From: Phoronis australis
Taxonomy: Eukaryota; Animalia; Phoronida
Direction of reading: 5' to 3'
Assembly: GCA_002633005.1 (NCBI GenBank)
Contig: NMRA01000229.1
Coordinates: 107,371 to 171,370 of the forward strand
Length of the DNA stretch: 64,000 nt
In this document: positions 37,901-52,900 of the stretch, piece by piece
Layout: every line of letters starts with the position of its first letter
Numbering within the stretch: the stretch's first letter is position 1
The notes under the pieces: generated by a model
The model's input: only the letters and a program-made list of their open reading frames with translations
What the model was told of the DNA's origin: nothing
Database searches by the model: none
Made by a program: the position numbers and the translations under genes

Positions 37901-40900
37901 CAACAGATTCTGAAACATTTTGCAGTTTGGTCGAATTTTGTCACAACAAATGGCGTTTCTGTCGAGCTTCTGTGGAGGTTTTATTTATCTTTCTTGGGCC
38001 TAATCAAGTCATTTATTCATGAATGGACACGGCCACCAGTATGGGCTGTTCCAGTAAAATCTGTATGGAAGGGGGGGGAAGGCACCTTTTTTCGCACCCA
38101 CCACCCGTAATTTTTTTTTGTTCTTGTGGTTGACTGCACAGGCGCTTGAGTTTATCTGTTCCTCCATCACCACTAAAGTCACTCATTACTAAGAAAACAT
38201 GTTTCTTATATATGGTTATTAGCCATCGAGAAATTCGAACACCTGTGGTTAAATGGGCATGCGGATGAGAACGGAGGGAGTGAAAAAGTCGGAGCTTTTT
38301 GCAAGTTGCATTTTTGTTTCAGTTTTTGATTCTGTGCGGATTGTTTATAAAATTTAATAAAATTACCCACCATCAAACATTTATGGCCCAATTAAACAAC
38401 AACGACCTGTAAATTTTTATTTTTTTTGAAGTACGACCACCAGCCATTTTGAATTTAAATCAAACGCAACCACCCATAAATTTCTACTTCAGTTGCCTTC
38501 CCCCCCACACAGATTTTGCAGGAAGATTTTGTCGAGATTCACTCAACATTTAGTCCTGGTTTTGTGCGCAGAAACTTTGTCGAATTTCAAAGTTGCTCAG
38601 TTTATTTTGAAAACTATTGGACGCGGGCAAAGCGCTACGATGAAGTTTTTGAAATTGTGATGGATTTGTAATTACTTCCATTTCATGCATCACCTTTTCT
38701 CACTTGACTTAAAACTAGGGCACATGCAGTTGCGTGAAAAGGGGCAACCTATAAAAAGTCACCCCAGGCATCACCAAACCTCTGCACGCTAGTTCCCCAG
38801 TATGGTCAGGCAGGACATAATTGCCTTCCAGTGAACGGATACTTAGTCTGATGAAACAAGAGACCACGAAATGAATGATGCTGAACAGGAAGGTAAAACA
38901 TGTGAGACCAAAATGTTAACAGAGTTATCAGCTGCACTGGTGGCTTATGAGCTGGATTTGGAACACCGTTCTATGAGCTTGATCTGGGACAAAATTCTAC
39001 ACGAATGAATGAAATTCCTTGGAGAACTTACTTTTTCATAAAATTAACAATATCTTTAGTCTGACGTCCTTTATTGTAATCAAACTCTTCTTTACCATTT
39101 CTGAAAAAAAAAACAGAACACATTATTTACAAAACCTGTACTTTATACCATTCACATGGCATCTACCCTCTAGCAGGACAAAAGAACACTTGGCAGTCTG
39201 AAAACCTTCGTTTGCAAAATACTCATGAGATGCCCAATTGCCTATCTGACCATCAATCCAAATCTGTTTTTATGATGAAAGCTTTTAAGATAAAAAATAC
39301 AATGAAAGGACACAACAGCAGGCTCTTCGTGGAGAACTGGCAGGCATGAAGTCATTTCTCACCAACGTGGCTGATTAAAGTTCAAAATGTTAACGCCATA
39401 TTAGAAAAACCAATCCTGAAGACACAAAGCAGTTGTCAGTAAGCAAGAAGTGCCGAGTACAAGACACAAACTTAAGGACACAATCACGTAGCCAACAGAC
39501 ATGCGCAAGACAAGACGTTTTTGTTTTGAAGAAAAATTGTTTACCATGTATTCTGTGGAAGTTATGGTTGAAATTTGGCAAGGTGAAGAGGTATGAAGTT
39601 TGGCAAGGTGAAGAGGTATGAAGTTTGGCAAGGTGAAGAGGTATGAAGTTTGGCAAGGTGAAGAGGTATGAAGTTTGGCAAGGTGAAGAGGTATGAAGTT
39701 TGGCAAGGTGAAGAGGTATGAAGTTTAGCAAGGTGAAGAGGTATGAAGTTTGGCAAGGTGAAGAGGTATGAAGTTTGGCAAGGTGAAGAGGTATGAAGTT
39801 TTCTTCTCGTATGCTGCTCACTGATGTGAGGCATCTCATACGATTTTGTATAATTCCAATACGAAGAGAATCGATCACTCAAAAGTATAATTATGGTGTG
39901 ATAATGGAACAAAGAAGTACATACTTACTTGAAATATTTTACTGAAAAGGAAAAAAAAACATATATCAGAAAGTAATCAACAGTATACACGGTACAGACA
40001 TTTATTAGCAAAAATGTTGTAAACGAGCATATACAACAGTTTCTGAGTGCAAACCGAATAAGGAAATTATATCGAGCAGACGGAAAAATGCAATAAAATG
40101 GTAAAGAAGTTTCAGCATGCGGCACTTACTTGTTGGATAACCTCGCACACCGTATTGCGAGGCCACCTGTTGTTCAACAGTGGCATCCACTGCAGCTAAA
40201 ACACCATCGACCTGGATCGGAAGGAATTTATTTGAAGATTATGTAGTGCTGGTTAGACAAGTCAAAACTGGGTAGCTTTATCGTAAGATAAGAACGAAGT
40301 GTATTATTAAGCCAAAGGGGAACTACGTAGAAGGAGAAATGGTTCTTTCCACATATTTTGAAATAGTGTCAGACTGTGTACTGATTTTAAAATAATTTCA
40401 GCGAATCGAAACATGGGTGAAGGGTAGACAGGTAGTGGGAACTTAGCTGAGCAGCGAGCGCTTAACCTGAAATTATTATCTATAGTGGGGTGGGTGCTTA
40501 CGCCAATGTTTGCACTAAAATATGCAATATCTCGCAGCAAAACACAATCTTGAGTATTCACTATATTCTACATAAAAGGCCAAGTGAATACAGAAATTAT
40601 ATTTTTCCATGACGTGACAGCTAATTCCACTTACCAAACATGCTAAGTTGTAGCCCTAAAACAACTTATAACCGTGGAAAGCTATTGACCAGCATCTTCA
40701 CCTTAATAATATATGAAATTTCGATCCGTTATCCCTAAATCCTGGTCGTGGCGGACTGACTTCCAATGCCTAATTATGCTTTCAATCCAGCTGTCATGAC
40801 AGAGTGTTCTGCAAGACTAATAAGACTAACTTTGGACCCTACTGTAATGCCTGAGCATGAGCCCAGACTCCCCCTGTTGCTATGGCAATACTATGAACAC

Positions 40901-43900
40901 CATGAAGGTCACCTGTAGCTGACATGCTTACCTTTTCTGTGTCTAGAATGAGAGCTGCCTCGGCATAGGCTGGCTTCATGGCCTTACAATGACCACACCC
41001 TGTGCACAGAATGACAAGTGTCACTTTATCATACTCCCAACCAACGAAAACTATGGCCAAACCCAGTGTGAAGACAACATGTTTGACTCAACACATTTCC
41101 AACCAATGGAAACAATGACCACACCGTGTGAGGGACTGACAAGCGTCACTTTATCATACTGCCAACCAATAAAAACTATGGTCACACCCAGTGCAAAGAT
41201 TACAAATTAGAGTATTACTCATCACACTGTCAACCAACAACAACAATGACCACACCCTGAGAGAGAATGACAAGTGCGTCTCATCACCCTGTCAACCAAG
41301 GAAAACAATGACCACACTCAGTGTAAGAGTGACAAATCTTCATCTTGTTGCCCATTATTCAGTCATGAATAAACTTAAGGTCAGTACCATTTGCATTTTA
41401 TAACAGGAACACGAGCAAAGAAATGCCACAAACAACAACTAAAATAAACTTACATGGGGCGTAAAACATGACAAGCACTGAGCCATGTGTAGCCATAAAG
41501 TCTTCAAAGCTGGAATCTGTCAAGTGGTTGACAAGTTCCGCCCCTTCTAGTCCTGACCACGCCTCTTCCGGTGGAGGAGTGGGTGGCTTCATGGAAGCGG
41601 GGTTTTGTGGATCTTTCATGAAGTGAACAAAGTCAGCCTCCTGCAATGTCAGTGTAAAACAAAAACCAACTCCATAAAGTGTTCTTAATGTCTGTTCTTA
41701 AAATTCTTGATTAACTCTTTCATTACTTATTGAAATCGCGAACAGCGTAATTCAGAGCTAAGTAAACCCACATTTCGACCAGTTAAGATGGCTAAAAAAC
41801 GATGTTTGAATTAGGCGTCTTACTGCCGGTTTCATATTCCTAATATAATGGCAATCCATTTGTATAACAAGCAAGAACATTCAAACCATCAGCGGCTAAT
41901 GAAATTGTTTATTGAGTTTGGCCAACCCAGAGCACGTACACATTGCACGTGACTTGCATTGGCAGCGGAAATGGAATGGCATCATGGTAAGGCGTATTGC
42001 AAGATTACAAAGGCCTAATTCGACTTCCGATTTCAGGCAGCTAAAAAGGACGAAATACAGTTTAGGTTTTTAACCTACAAAATTCAATGAACATGTATAC
42101 TAATTCAACCGAAGGCAATAAAATAAATTTACAAAATTTATACACAGGAACAGGTATCAGTCAGCAACCATATTCACATGGAATTGCCCAAAAAGAAATT
42201 AAACAAATAATGGTTTCAGTCAGATCTTGAGTTCTGTCAAACAGCGGCTATCCCCATCAGCAAACCTAGAGAAGCAGGGGGGAAGGCACTTTGTTGACAG
42301 TACCCTTCCGCTTAGCATCTGGTCCATGGAGAAACTCAACCCAACATAGGTATTCAACAACAAAATCATAGGAGCAGATACTCTACTTAGCCAAGTGTGG
42401 GTGCTAATCATAACTGTAGCCGTAAGAAATGTCTCAATCACCCACGGGGACCGGCATTCATGAAATCCAACATCAGTCATAATAAGTCAACGTCTACTTT
42501 CTTTGTGTCAAACAGGATGAAATGGTCTTATTGTAAAAATAATTCAGTTATTTAACTGGCATATTTCAGCACTTTCAGCATACCTTTAATTAAGACACTG
42601 CCAGACAAATTTAGATGAAATTCATCAACTGATCTTCTGAAATACATTAATTTACTAGTGCACATAGAACCAGAACCTACCTCCCGTCCACCAGTGTACT
42701 TCTCTTCGTCCCGTCCATAGTTGAAGTAGAGGAATGTTGGGTAGCCACTGACATCATACGTCTGACAGACAGACTGATGTGTTGTGCAATCAACGGCAGC
42801 AAACATGACCTAGAGTAACAGGGTGAAACCGTGACAATAGGGGTGGTAATCGAACAACTTACGGCATCTACACATGAAGGGCATCCTTACCAATTCCTGC
42901 AAAACACTGTCTTGAAAAAGCAATAATTTTGTCTTACACAGCACTCCTTTTTGTCAGTCATATGTGCGCCTGTGCTTGGTAAGCATTCTTGCAGGGCAAG
43001 GTATTTTGGTAAGCCTGGAAAGTGTTGCTCCCAGGGTTTTCGCTTCCGCAAAAAGTGTTTGGTCACCATCTCTTAACAAGAATGGAACTGAACTGAACTG
43101 AGGCATCAAGTGGTTACATGCAAGGTAAAGTTTTAAGTCACAAAAACACAAAGACAATAGCAGTAACTCCAGACAGGGGTTTGGACAGGAAACTAGCCTT
43201 TTCCCTAACCTCAAACAGCCATGTTAACTTCAGCACCTAAATGCAATGAGCTAGGCATGCAAACTAAATTCAGTTCAAGTGAAGGAATGATGTATTGAAC
43301 ATAATTCTCTTGTGGCCTGTCACATGAAACAGTCCCAAACAGGGACTCAGGTAATATTACCTGAATCTTTTTTGTATTTGTTTCGTTCTTTACTCACAGA
43401 TAAAATATTTTTATATCACTATCTTTACTATGACCTCCTCTTTGACTAATGACATTTTCTACTAATATCAACTAAAAACTGAGCCCTCAATTCAATAAAA
43501 TAATTAGGGACTTAGACCTTAAATTAGGGGAGTTGCATGAAAAGATCCTTTTTATTTTCAAGACTACTGAGAATTCAACGTACAGTTCACTCTCGATTTC
43601 TATCAAAGTAAAAAATTGGCATAGTAATGCGACTCAAACAGCATAAGAAAGAAACTTTTTTTAACAAGCTCACAAATACGCTGTGGGTTTAGGGAACTTA
43701 GTTGAGTTCCTAATTCCGACTGTTTCATGCAACAGAGCACTTAAGTTTTAAAGTACTTGCTTCTAGCCCTGGTCAGGGACCAGTAAGCCATTTTCCGCTA
43801 CAGCAGTGACATCCCGAAAAACATAAATTTGCATTGTCGCTGCGTGGGGGTAATAAAGTTGGTGGACAGGGTTACTGAGTCCTTGTTGCTGGTGATTGGA

Positions 43901-46900
43901 CAAATGCAAACACCATTTCATGCCTGCCAACCGGTCAAGTTCAGACATTTAGGTAGATGTTCTGGGTTGAAAATTGTAGAGACAGGGTCCTCTGAGGCTT
44001 GGAATGTTTTTGAAAGTCATGAAAATTAGTAATATGCTGCTTAACTCATTGAAAGAGGAAGTAATATAGCTGGAAATGTGACAGCAGGTACAACACATGT
44101 TTTGTTTAAATTTATTGTAAAAGAATGCTCGTTCCACAGTATTTTGTGTACCGACTGTGAAATGCATGCATCTGATCAATAATGAAGAAACCAACATGAA
44201 AAGCCTTCCAACCTTCATGTAACTGGTGAAAATAACAAGAACAAATTTCGGAGCATAGGCCAAAGGGAATAGATTACAGATTTCAAAAAATAACTCTGCC
44301 AAAATGGAGAAGATCGCAGCTGAATGTGTCACTGTTTTTGCAAATTGCTCTAGGTCACTAGATGAATGTTCCATCTTTGTATTCAGTCCGGAGAGTTTAA
44401 CATGTATTTGTTGGCAATGACAGGTGTGCTTGCCATGCGCTATAATACCAACGTAGTCAAATAAGTCTAAAGCGAAATAGAATAAATACCAAGAAATTTG
44501 ATGCCTTCTAAGAATTTTGGATATCAATCCACTTTTGGTTTTCTAATGAAAAGATGAAACGTTGAATTGAACATGAACTTTTTTATTTGTGCGGCGATCG
44601 TCCGGTTTTTGATTTTGGTTTTCAGCATTGAAGAAACACCAGCAAGCTGCCTGGACCAGAGATAATCATGCTCTACTCAAGACTTGTTTAGAATTGACCA
44701 ATCGTGTACCGAGCTTTGAGAACACTTTCACATTCGATGCTGTGTGATTGGTTAGCTTTTTAGCCGCGTTTGGTGGTCGCTGGACCTGAATATGATCAAC
44801 ACAAGGTTATGATCTAATCTACACGACCACTCACTTTGTTTTCTTCCTTGTACTTAGCTGCAGCTTGCATGAAGTGAGGTTTGGCTGCCTTACAGTGGCC
44901 GCACCCTGTGGGCAAGAGGGAAAAGAAAAGGAGATAGACACACACACACGCACAATATAGTTTTCAAAAAGTTAATGTTTCTTCTAGTCAAAAAATTAGA
45001 GAAATCGAAAAGCATAAATAGGCGTTTTAAGCATTTTCACCTTGTTTCTCTCAGAGTGTTCTTTGCATGACTTTGTCAAGCCCCATGTTTGGAAACTTTT
45101 TTTGAAAACTACTGCACACTAACAGAAACACAAGAGAACAACAACAACAATAACAATAAAGCCATATCCTGAAACAAGCACTACTTGGTTGAGAAGTAAG
45201 AAAATAGACACCTTGCAAGAGCGGTAATGCACTCAAAGGTGAGCGTTTCTGATGAGTGCAAAAGATAATGAACGAGATATCGCAAATCTATGGACGAACT
45301 TTTTCAGCTTTGTGTCACTACCAACAATGCAGCATTTTTGGATGGCATTTGAAGGGCGATAATAACATCTTTTTAATAATAGGTGAAAACAAAGATTACC
45401 AAACTGCACAGTGTCCATCAGATACGAAGCAAGAAGGGAACATACCGCAAATTTCAAAATGGGGCAATTACGGTACAAATGAAATACTTCACAAGCCATC
45501 TCGGGATGGGACGCTAGTCCATCGTTCCTAAGTTGCTCTCCAATCACAGCTGGTACTCATTTGCTCCACAACAAAGCTGACTGGAGCAATGGAGCTAAAG
45601 GTTCTGGCTCAAGAACACAGCAAGGCAGTAGCCTGGCCTCAAACTCAGCCTTTCGGCTGACAAACTGATGGTAACCAACGAGAGCCGTACAGGGTGGTGC
45701 AATATTTATGGTGTTGTTTGCAACTCACTCTGTGTGTACAGGGTGTGCCAAAACAATGGTACAGTTGCTTTGAGACAAGGTCCAAATGAAAACTAGAAGT
45801 TTTCAAAAAATCAATTTAGTTTTCACATGCTGCTATAAACCATGACAAACGTTAAAGATGATTTCTTTGTGACGCAAATTTGCTCTTCTACGGCAACTTC
45901 AATCCTCAATTGAGATGACAATAAAGAAGTAGCAACAGCAGTTGGTAACGCAGGTGATAACAGGTCACTATAACCTGCAGTTGGTAATGCAGGTGATAAC
46001 AGGTCACTATAACCTGCAGTTGGTAATGCAGGTGCTAACAGGTCACTTAGTAACCAGCACTTGGGAATACAAGTGATAACAGGTCACTGTAACCTGCAGT
46101 TGGTAATGCAAGTGATAACAGGACACTGTAACCTGCAGGTGGTAATGCAAGTGATAACAGGACACTGTAACCTGCAGTTGGTAATACAAGTGGTAACAGG
46201 TCAATGTAACCTGCGTTGGTAATGCAAGTGATAGCAGGACACTGTAACCTGCAGTTGGTAATGCAAGTGATAACAGGACACCGTAACCTGCAGTTGGTAA
46301 TGCAGGTGCTAACAGGTCACTTAGTAAACAGCACTTGGGAATACAAGTGATAAAGGTCACTGTAACCTGCATTGGTAATGCAAGTGNAAACTCCACCTCT
46401 CCATTTCTACAAAGAAACAAAAACGCAACATTAACATTAATTAATGGTGTAGTAGGCTGAAACCAAACCGAATATTCGTTATATTACAAGCGAGATCATG
46501 TTTTGTTAGTTAAAAATCCACAAAGTTTAAACAATGTCCAGAACGCCTAAAGGCATCCACCAATACAATAGCGACATGTTTTTGAGGATTGAATGGCGTA
46601 TTTTAAGTGATCCTTGTGAACTAATCCCCCGAGTATGTTGCCAAATATTTAGGAAACAACTCTTAAAAGTAATAAATTTTATATTTTTTGAAAGTAGGCC
46701 TGATAGTTAACTTTACATCAATTTGCCAATAATTGGAGCTCATGACCATGCCTTAACAATAAAATTTACCAAAAAATTGCAAAGAGACACTTCTAATAAC
46801 ATGACCAAATTTCATTTGTTACAAATGTCAAAGACGACATCCCACAAATGTTACCAGTCTTCTAATGACTTCACTTTCGATCTTCTACTGCTTTTAATGA

Positions 46901-49900
46901 CTTTACAGTTGCCAATTTCCACAATATCACTCCCCAAGACACAATGAAGTCTCCCCCACAACTAACAAGTGCTCACTTAAAATACTTGACTGTGGGGAAT
47001 CCCTTGATGTCAAATCTTTCGCCCAGCTTTTTGTTCTCCGTCACGTCTATAGCCGCCAGTGCACCAGATATCTCCTCGTCCTTCATAGTGGTGGCGGCCT
47101 CATCATACTCTGGCTTCATCTTCTTACAGTGTCCACACCCTGCCGTGAAGAGAAATATTCACATACAGAACAGACTTCAAATTCTATCAATTTTGACAAA
47201 ATCCTGAGCCCAAGGTCACACAGGATTAGAAAATGGGCAACATTCAACTAAGAGTTTTCAACAAAAAGTTGATATTTTTCTAACATAGAAAATTGACAAA
47301 ATTTTGAAGTAAAAATTTCTGCATGACTTCCAAATGATTTCGATTTATTTTGCCATTGGATTATTTCTGGGTTTTCACCATAACTTAAGAAAAACCCAGA
47401 CTGAGTTTGATGAAAATCAACAACTTTCTCTAAAACTAACAGTAAATGAAGTACCCACATTTAAAAAATAAGGTAATAATGCATCACTTCAACCACAGAA
47501 TTTCATTACAAGGTAAAGAGCTAGTTTACAATATTATCAAAACTAACTGGTGGCGGTTGAGAGGAGCTAAAATTCAACCAGAATTATGTGTGCCCCAAGG
47601 AATGTGTGTGTACCATGAAATTTGCGCGAGTCACGGAAATGCACTCTAACTTAAACTGCGGTTTTCTAAACAACCGGAACAATGCTGATCTTCGACAAAG
47701 TTTCCACACACGAGCATGCCACTAAATATACATTTCACTATTAACTCATAAAGTCGTTTTCAACCTTCCTAAAACTTGTCAGAATCACTAAATGTCTTAG
47801 AACCTCTATTGCCTATTTCTCCAAATTCAATTAAGAAATCAGTTACAAACTCAAGTTAGAATGAAGAATTGCCACTAATATTCAATAAATGTGTTATTCT
47901 ATGAGCACCAAAAGTTTCATCTCATTCTTAAACAATACGGGTGTTAAGTGCACCAATTTTGGCCGAGTTCTGCTAATCTATGCCCACTTCATTTTGAAAA
48001 CCACTACTTTTTTAAGTTATGTTACATGTATATACCCACGGAATTTTCACTTTCAGACGGCAATTTCCATCTTCAACCAAAACACCCAATGCATATGATC
48101 AAGAGTTTCTTGAAAGTGTCAATTTTTTTGAACTTTTGTCAGACACACAAAAATTTAAGTTCACACGATCAAATGGTGTACACCATCCAGCAACAAATAG
48201 AGTTTCAGCAGTACTAGCATTAGTATTAAAGCGGAAAATCGACGTAGTTTCTCACTGCGTTTAATTTGACTCTAGCATGTCCGATGGGTTTACCTGAATC
48301 GACTGTTGAGGTGAAAGCCACTCCCAGTTTCTAAACAATGGTTTTAAATGGCAAAGCCCAGGCTTAACCCCCGCCAGGCCTTTATGCAGCGTACGTCCTG
48401 GGCGTCCATTTGGATGCCCTAGAAATGGACGCCCTAGCACTAATATGGAAGCCCTGGCAAGGACGCCCAATGTGTCATTTGGACGCCCACTATCAATAGG
48501 AACCTTTCAGTTTGGACACACACATTGTAATGATTACTAGGAAGCCTATAAAGACTCACAGTGGTGGCTCTTTTTTCAAAGCAGGAAGAAATATGCAATG
48601 TATATATAAAGTACATACAATGTTGCTATGCTCACACTTGGTTGATAGCATTGTAAAAGTCTTGGTCTGCACAGTTTTTTTAGTAGAAAATGCTCACTAC
48701 AGAAAGCTGTTTTGTAAACTTAGATGTAAAAACCTTGGTCTATGCATTTTTTGTAAAAAATAATCTGCGTGTTTGGGGGATTGCTGGTGGTGGGGGGTTA
48801 CGCGTCGGAATCATGGACGCCCTGGAATATTGGGAACCCCATTTTGGACACCCTATTTTCGAAATCCTGGATAAAGGCCTGACCCCCGCACCGGTATTTT
48901 TGAATTCGTCAATTCAAGTGCCCAAGGCATTAACTCAGCAGAGTTTGGTAATCATCACTGCTAAAAACTGGACGTCTGAACTGAAACCATTCAATTCATT
49001 GCTGATACCTCACGTTGTCGTGTGCAGTTGTGTATGCACACCAAATCGAGAAAAGAGTCAACATAAAGGACGAGACAGGAGCAACTTACATGGTGCATAG
49101 AACATGACTAGCACAGACGGATTCTCCTTCATGTACGAGTCAAAAGTGTCGTCTGTTAAATGGACGACGTCGTTATCAGCGTCTGCCCATGACTCTTCTG
49201 TTTTCTCAGGCTCTGGTGCCTTGGGGCTGCAAACAGCACAAGGTATGTTCTCACTCTCCTAATTTAAGTCATCTGTGACATCACAGATACAGTAAAACCG
49301 TGTTTCAGTGAAGCCTCCCCAGATCTTTTCTAGTATGATCGTCGAGACCAATTGAAATTGTATGCATTAAGGTTGGCTTGGGACTTGCGAAATGGAAGAA
49401 AACAAACCTCATAAGCCAGCTACACACTGATATTGTTTTAATTGAAAAGAATTTCACCAGGGTTAAATAAACATTTAAAAGGGTAACAAACCCAGTTTTG
49501 GTCTATGATCAGATATCAAAAGCCACTTCCCCGTACAATTCTACGAAACAAAAAATATAATGCTCTGCAACCATTAAACAGCCGTCAAAAGTTTGGACGG
49601 AGATTTGAAAACTTATTTCAAAGTCTGCTCAACGACAAGCCTGACCTTCACTTTTGGCAAATTACATGGCAACTGTGGGAAAAGACCACCCACTAAGAAG
49701 CTTAATATCAAATCTGTGACATGGGGAGCATCAGTTTTAGTTGATTCCTGTTTTTATCTTTCAAGATTGCCATCAATGATGCGTTAACAGGTGACAGAGT
49801 GAGGATTTAGTTCTTTTAAGTATGACTTTCAATATTGATAACTGTGAAATTTTACTAGTGTTGGGAAGCTGCTAGTGACGAGAAACTACACTACCAAAAC

Positions 49901-52900
49901 ACGGGACAACAGTTTAATTTATCCCAAAAACAAGTCTTCAGACTACCCAAACAACATGGTTATCGCACTCATGAACAAAGTTCCCTCCATCATAAACATA
50001 GCTCACAACATAATCCACTTCACCTATTCACAACCATGGCTATCCGACCACTAAACACGGCTCACCAACCACTAAACATGGCTCACAGACAGCCAAACAC
50101 ATCGCCAAACTCTCAAATTAGTGCTTTCAAACTCCTCCCCAGCCAAATAAAATCATACATGTAAACAAAAACACAGGTCCCTGACCATGTATCCGTATAC
50201 AGTGTTTGGCAGTCAATGACCAACGTTGAGAGACTGGCATGTATTGCGGGTTTGGCACTCAGTTTATCAGGTCCATGAGCAGTGTTAAACAGTGAAGTAT
50301 TTATAACTATGACTGCAGCACCAGTGTTAAACAGTGTAGTATTTATAAATATGACTGCAGCATCAGTGTTTTTCAAGAAGCCCGAACTGGTCTCAAGTCA
50401 AACACTCAAGACTTTGTACGTCAACAGAGTCATGGGCTACTTAGAGGTGCTATCAGGATGTGTACTAGACCAGTTTTCTGGCTACGCAAACTATCGCCCG
50501 CCTCCCCATGGAGGGTAAATAAGGATAACATTCTTTTGGTATTGGCACGGAATACTCCACTCACTTAAAGGTGTATTAGAATGCTCCTTATGCTAATCGT
50601 ATGGCAGGAACTAAAACGACAATGGTACTTGAGCATCAGCTATTCAAAACAAAGTGCAGTGACAACCTGTGAATAATATGAAAACAGAAAATCAGCAAAT
50701 AGGTGACCTTTGCACTAATGAAGTACCTTGGGGATCACATAGCCTGCATTGTGCAGTGTTAATCCCCAACACCACATCACGATACCTACTAGATACGGTC
50801 GAGTGATTCACGGCAGATTATTTTCGACACAAAACTTGTTCTTAAACATTTGCCAATTTTCAACCTACTTCACATCCACACCGTCGCTATACGTTGAGTT
50901 TCTAACTTATATGGCCAAGCAATTAGCATGCATGTTCCACTTGAACATTTAATACATACTTTCTCATCCAGCTGACAATTCCCTCTTTGTTCCGCTCACC
51001 GCCAAAGTGGAACTTCTCCTTTCCCCCTCTGTAATTCACAAACAGACAACCTCACATAATACGACCAGGAACCAACCATTCCACGGCGACAAGTAATCTG
51101 CATGATGGTAGGACAAGAGGCAAATTAGGCATTCTATGCAGATGGAGCTCGTTATATTAAGACAAGTGTTAGTAATTTATCACACAACGAATGCAATTGA
51201 TTCCTGCAGCCTAATCAACAGATCTTTCAGGTTAGAATCATTTTGTCACGCTACAAAGCATATTCCTTGATGAGTTAGAACTCCTACAATAGGCTATCAT
51301 GGAAACTGTAATGAGCACTCTTCAAAACTGCAGTTCAGCATTCTAGCAAATTCTCTATCTAATGATTAAGAGTTAGATCACAAACATACAACTCTACAAA
51401 TACCTGGCTCAATGATACGATTATGATTTCCGTAGTCATGTATCTCGTGGTGGGTCACTAAATAATAACATTGTTTAACAATGGTCAGATGCTTCACAGT
51501 GACTGTCAAAGCTAGGAATAGATGCAATACATTTTTTAACAAATGCGATAAAATTGTGACAAAGAAGCCAAAAGAAAAGTACAGAGTATGGTCAGTGACA
51601 AAAATGGAGTTTCACAATTTTTCAAATGTTTACTAAAACTATATAATAAAATTTTTCGATTTCTGCACACTTACTCAAAGTATATAATGGTTGGAAAGCC
51701 AGTGATGTTGAACTGAGCTCGAAGGCTCATCATGTGAGGCTTGTCAACGTCAACTCCGGCTAGAATCTGGGAAAGACAATGACACACCGTTACCACAGCA
51801 AACTCAGCACATGAAAAGAAGGTGGTGCCTGGGGTAGGGTATAATGTCATCATACTCGTCCTACACTGCTAATCACTGGGGTCAAGTGGACAAACTTTGC
51901 AAGTTTGTGGGGTTTCTTACGACTTCTTTTAATCTATGAAATCAATCTAGAAATCAATTTGCTACCACGGGATGACGAGAAATGTACAGTGTAATTCTTC
52001 ACTTTTCAGCACACAATATGGCCGACAAGTGAAATTATTCTATTTCGTCAATTGTCTCCAAAAAATTAAGATTAAGCGTAATTAAGCCTTTGGCAATTAC
52101 TTTTGTGTGAAACGAGAGCAGAATTATTGAATACTGAAAAAGCAGGCATATCTTGTGGTACTTTTATCAAAGTGATATACAGATATTCAAGAAACGAAAC
52201 CATGACTTTACTCCTACACATAACATTTTGAATTTGCGTTCAATGTCACATATCAATCATGTCAATATGCGTCTTCTCCCGCTCAACTGAGTCTCATAAC
52301 ACAAAAATGCAGCCTCTGGGGAACACTGTCCACTTTGCAGACCATGCGTTAGATTCTCACCAAGGAAATGACAAGCAATGGAAGTTAGGAGCGAGTGCAA
52401 GCCGTAGAGATCACGTGCCAAGCTTGAAACGCAAGGTGATATCTTGTGGACACAAGCATGACCTCAGCAATCTAACATGAGCGTGCAGCTAAGTTTTTTA
52501 AAGTGAGCTGACAATGGAAAATTTGTTGTCAAAGACAAGGCACAATGCCTCCTCACCAGGGAATACGACCATATGAGGTAATGAACCTATCCCAGCCAAT
52601 GGCAGCAGATTTTTTCCACCAACCACTTCTATTTCGGAGACTGCCACTCTATATCGTGTACGAGTTTACTGCATTTTGGTTGCAATATTATGGGCATCTG
52701 CTTTCGTATCTAATAAAGATCGTCCAAAAAGGTACAGCATGAAACTAAAACATCGAGCATAAATTGAATAAATGTTTGTTCCAGAAAATGAGCGTACTAA
52801 GAAACAATTAGTGTTCAAATGAAATGTGCACAGAGCTTAGTGTGACCAAGTGGCCTCATTCCAAGATCCACATCATACTCAATAAGAGTTTGGGTTCGAG

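Noticed and set aside
39390-39912. Repetitive proteins (NFIPLHLAKLHTSSPCQTSYLFTLP)n
   Set aside because: Translations of the 25-bp minisatellite.
43949-44527. 192-aa ORF, the longest in the track
   Set aside because: Non-ATG start, no motif, intronic; does not contain the missing thioredoxin segment.
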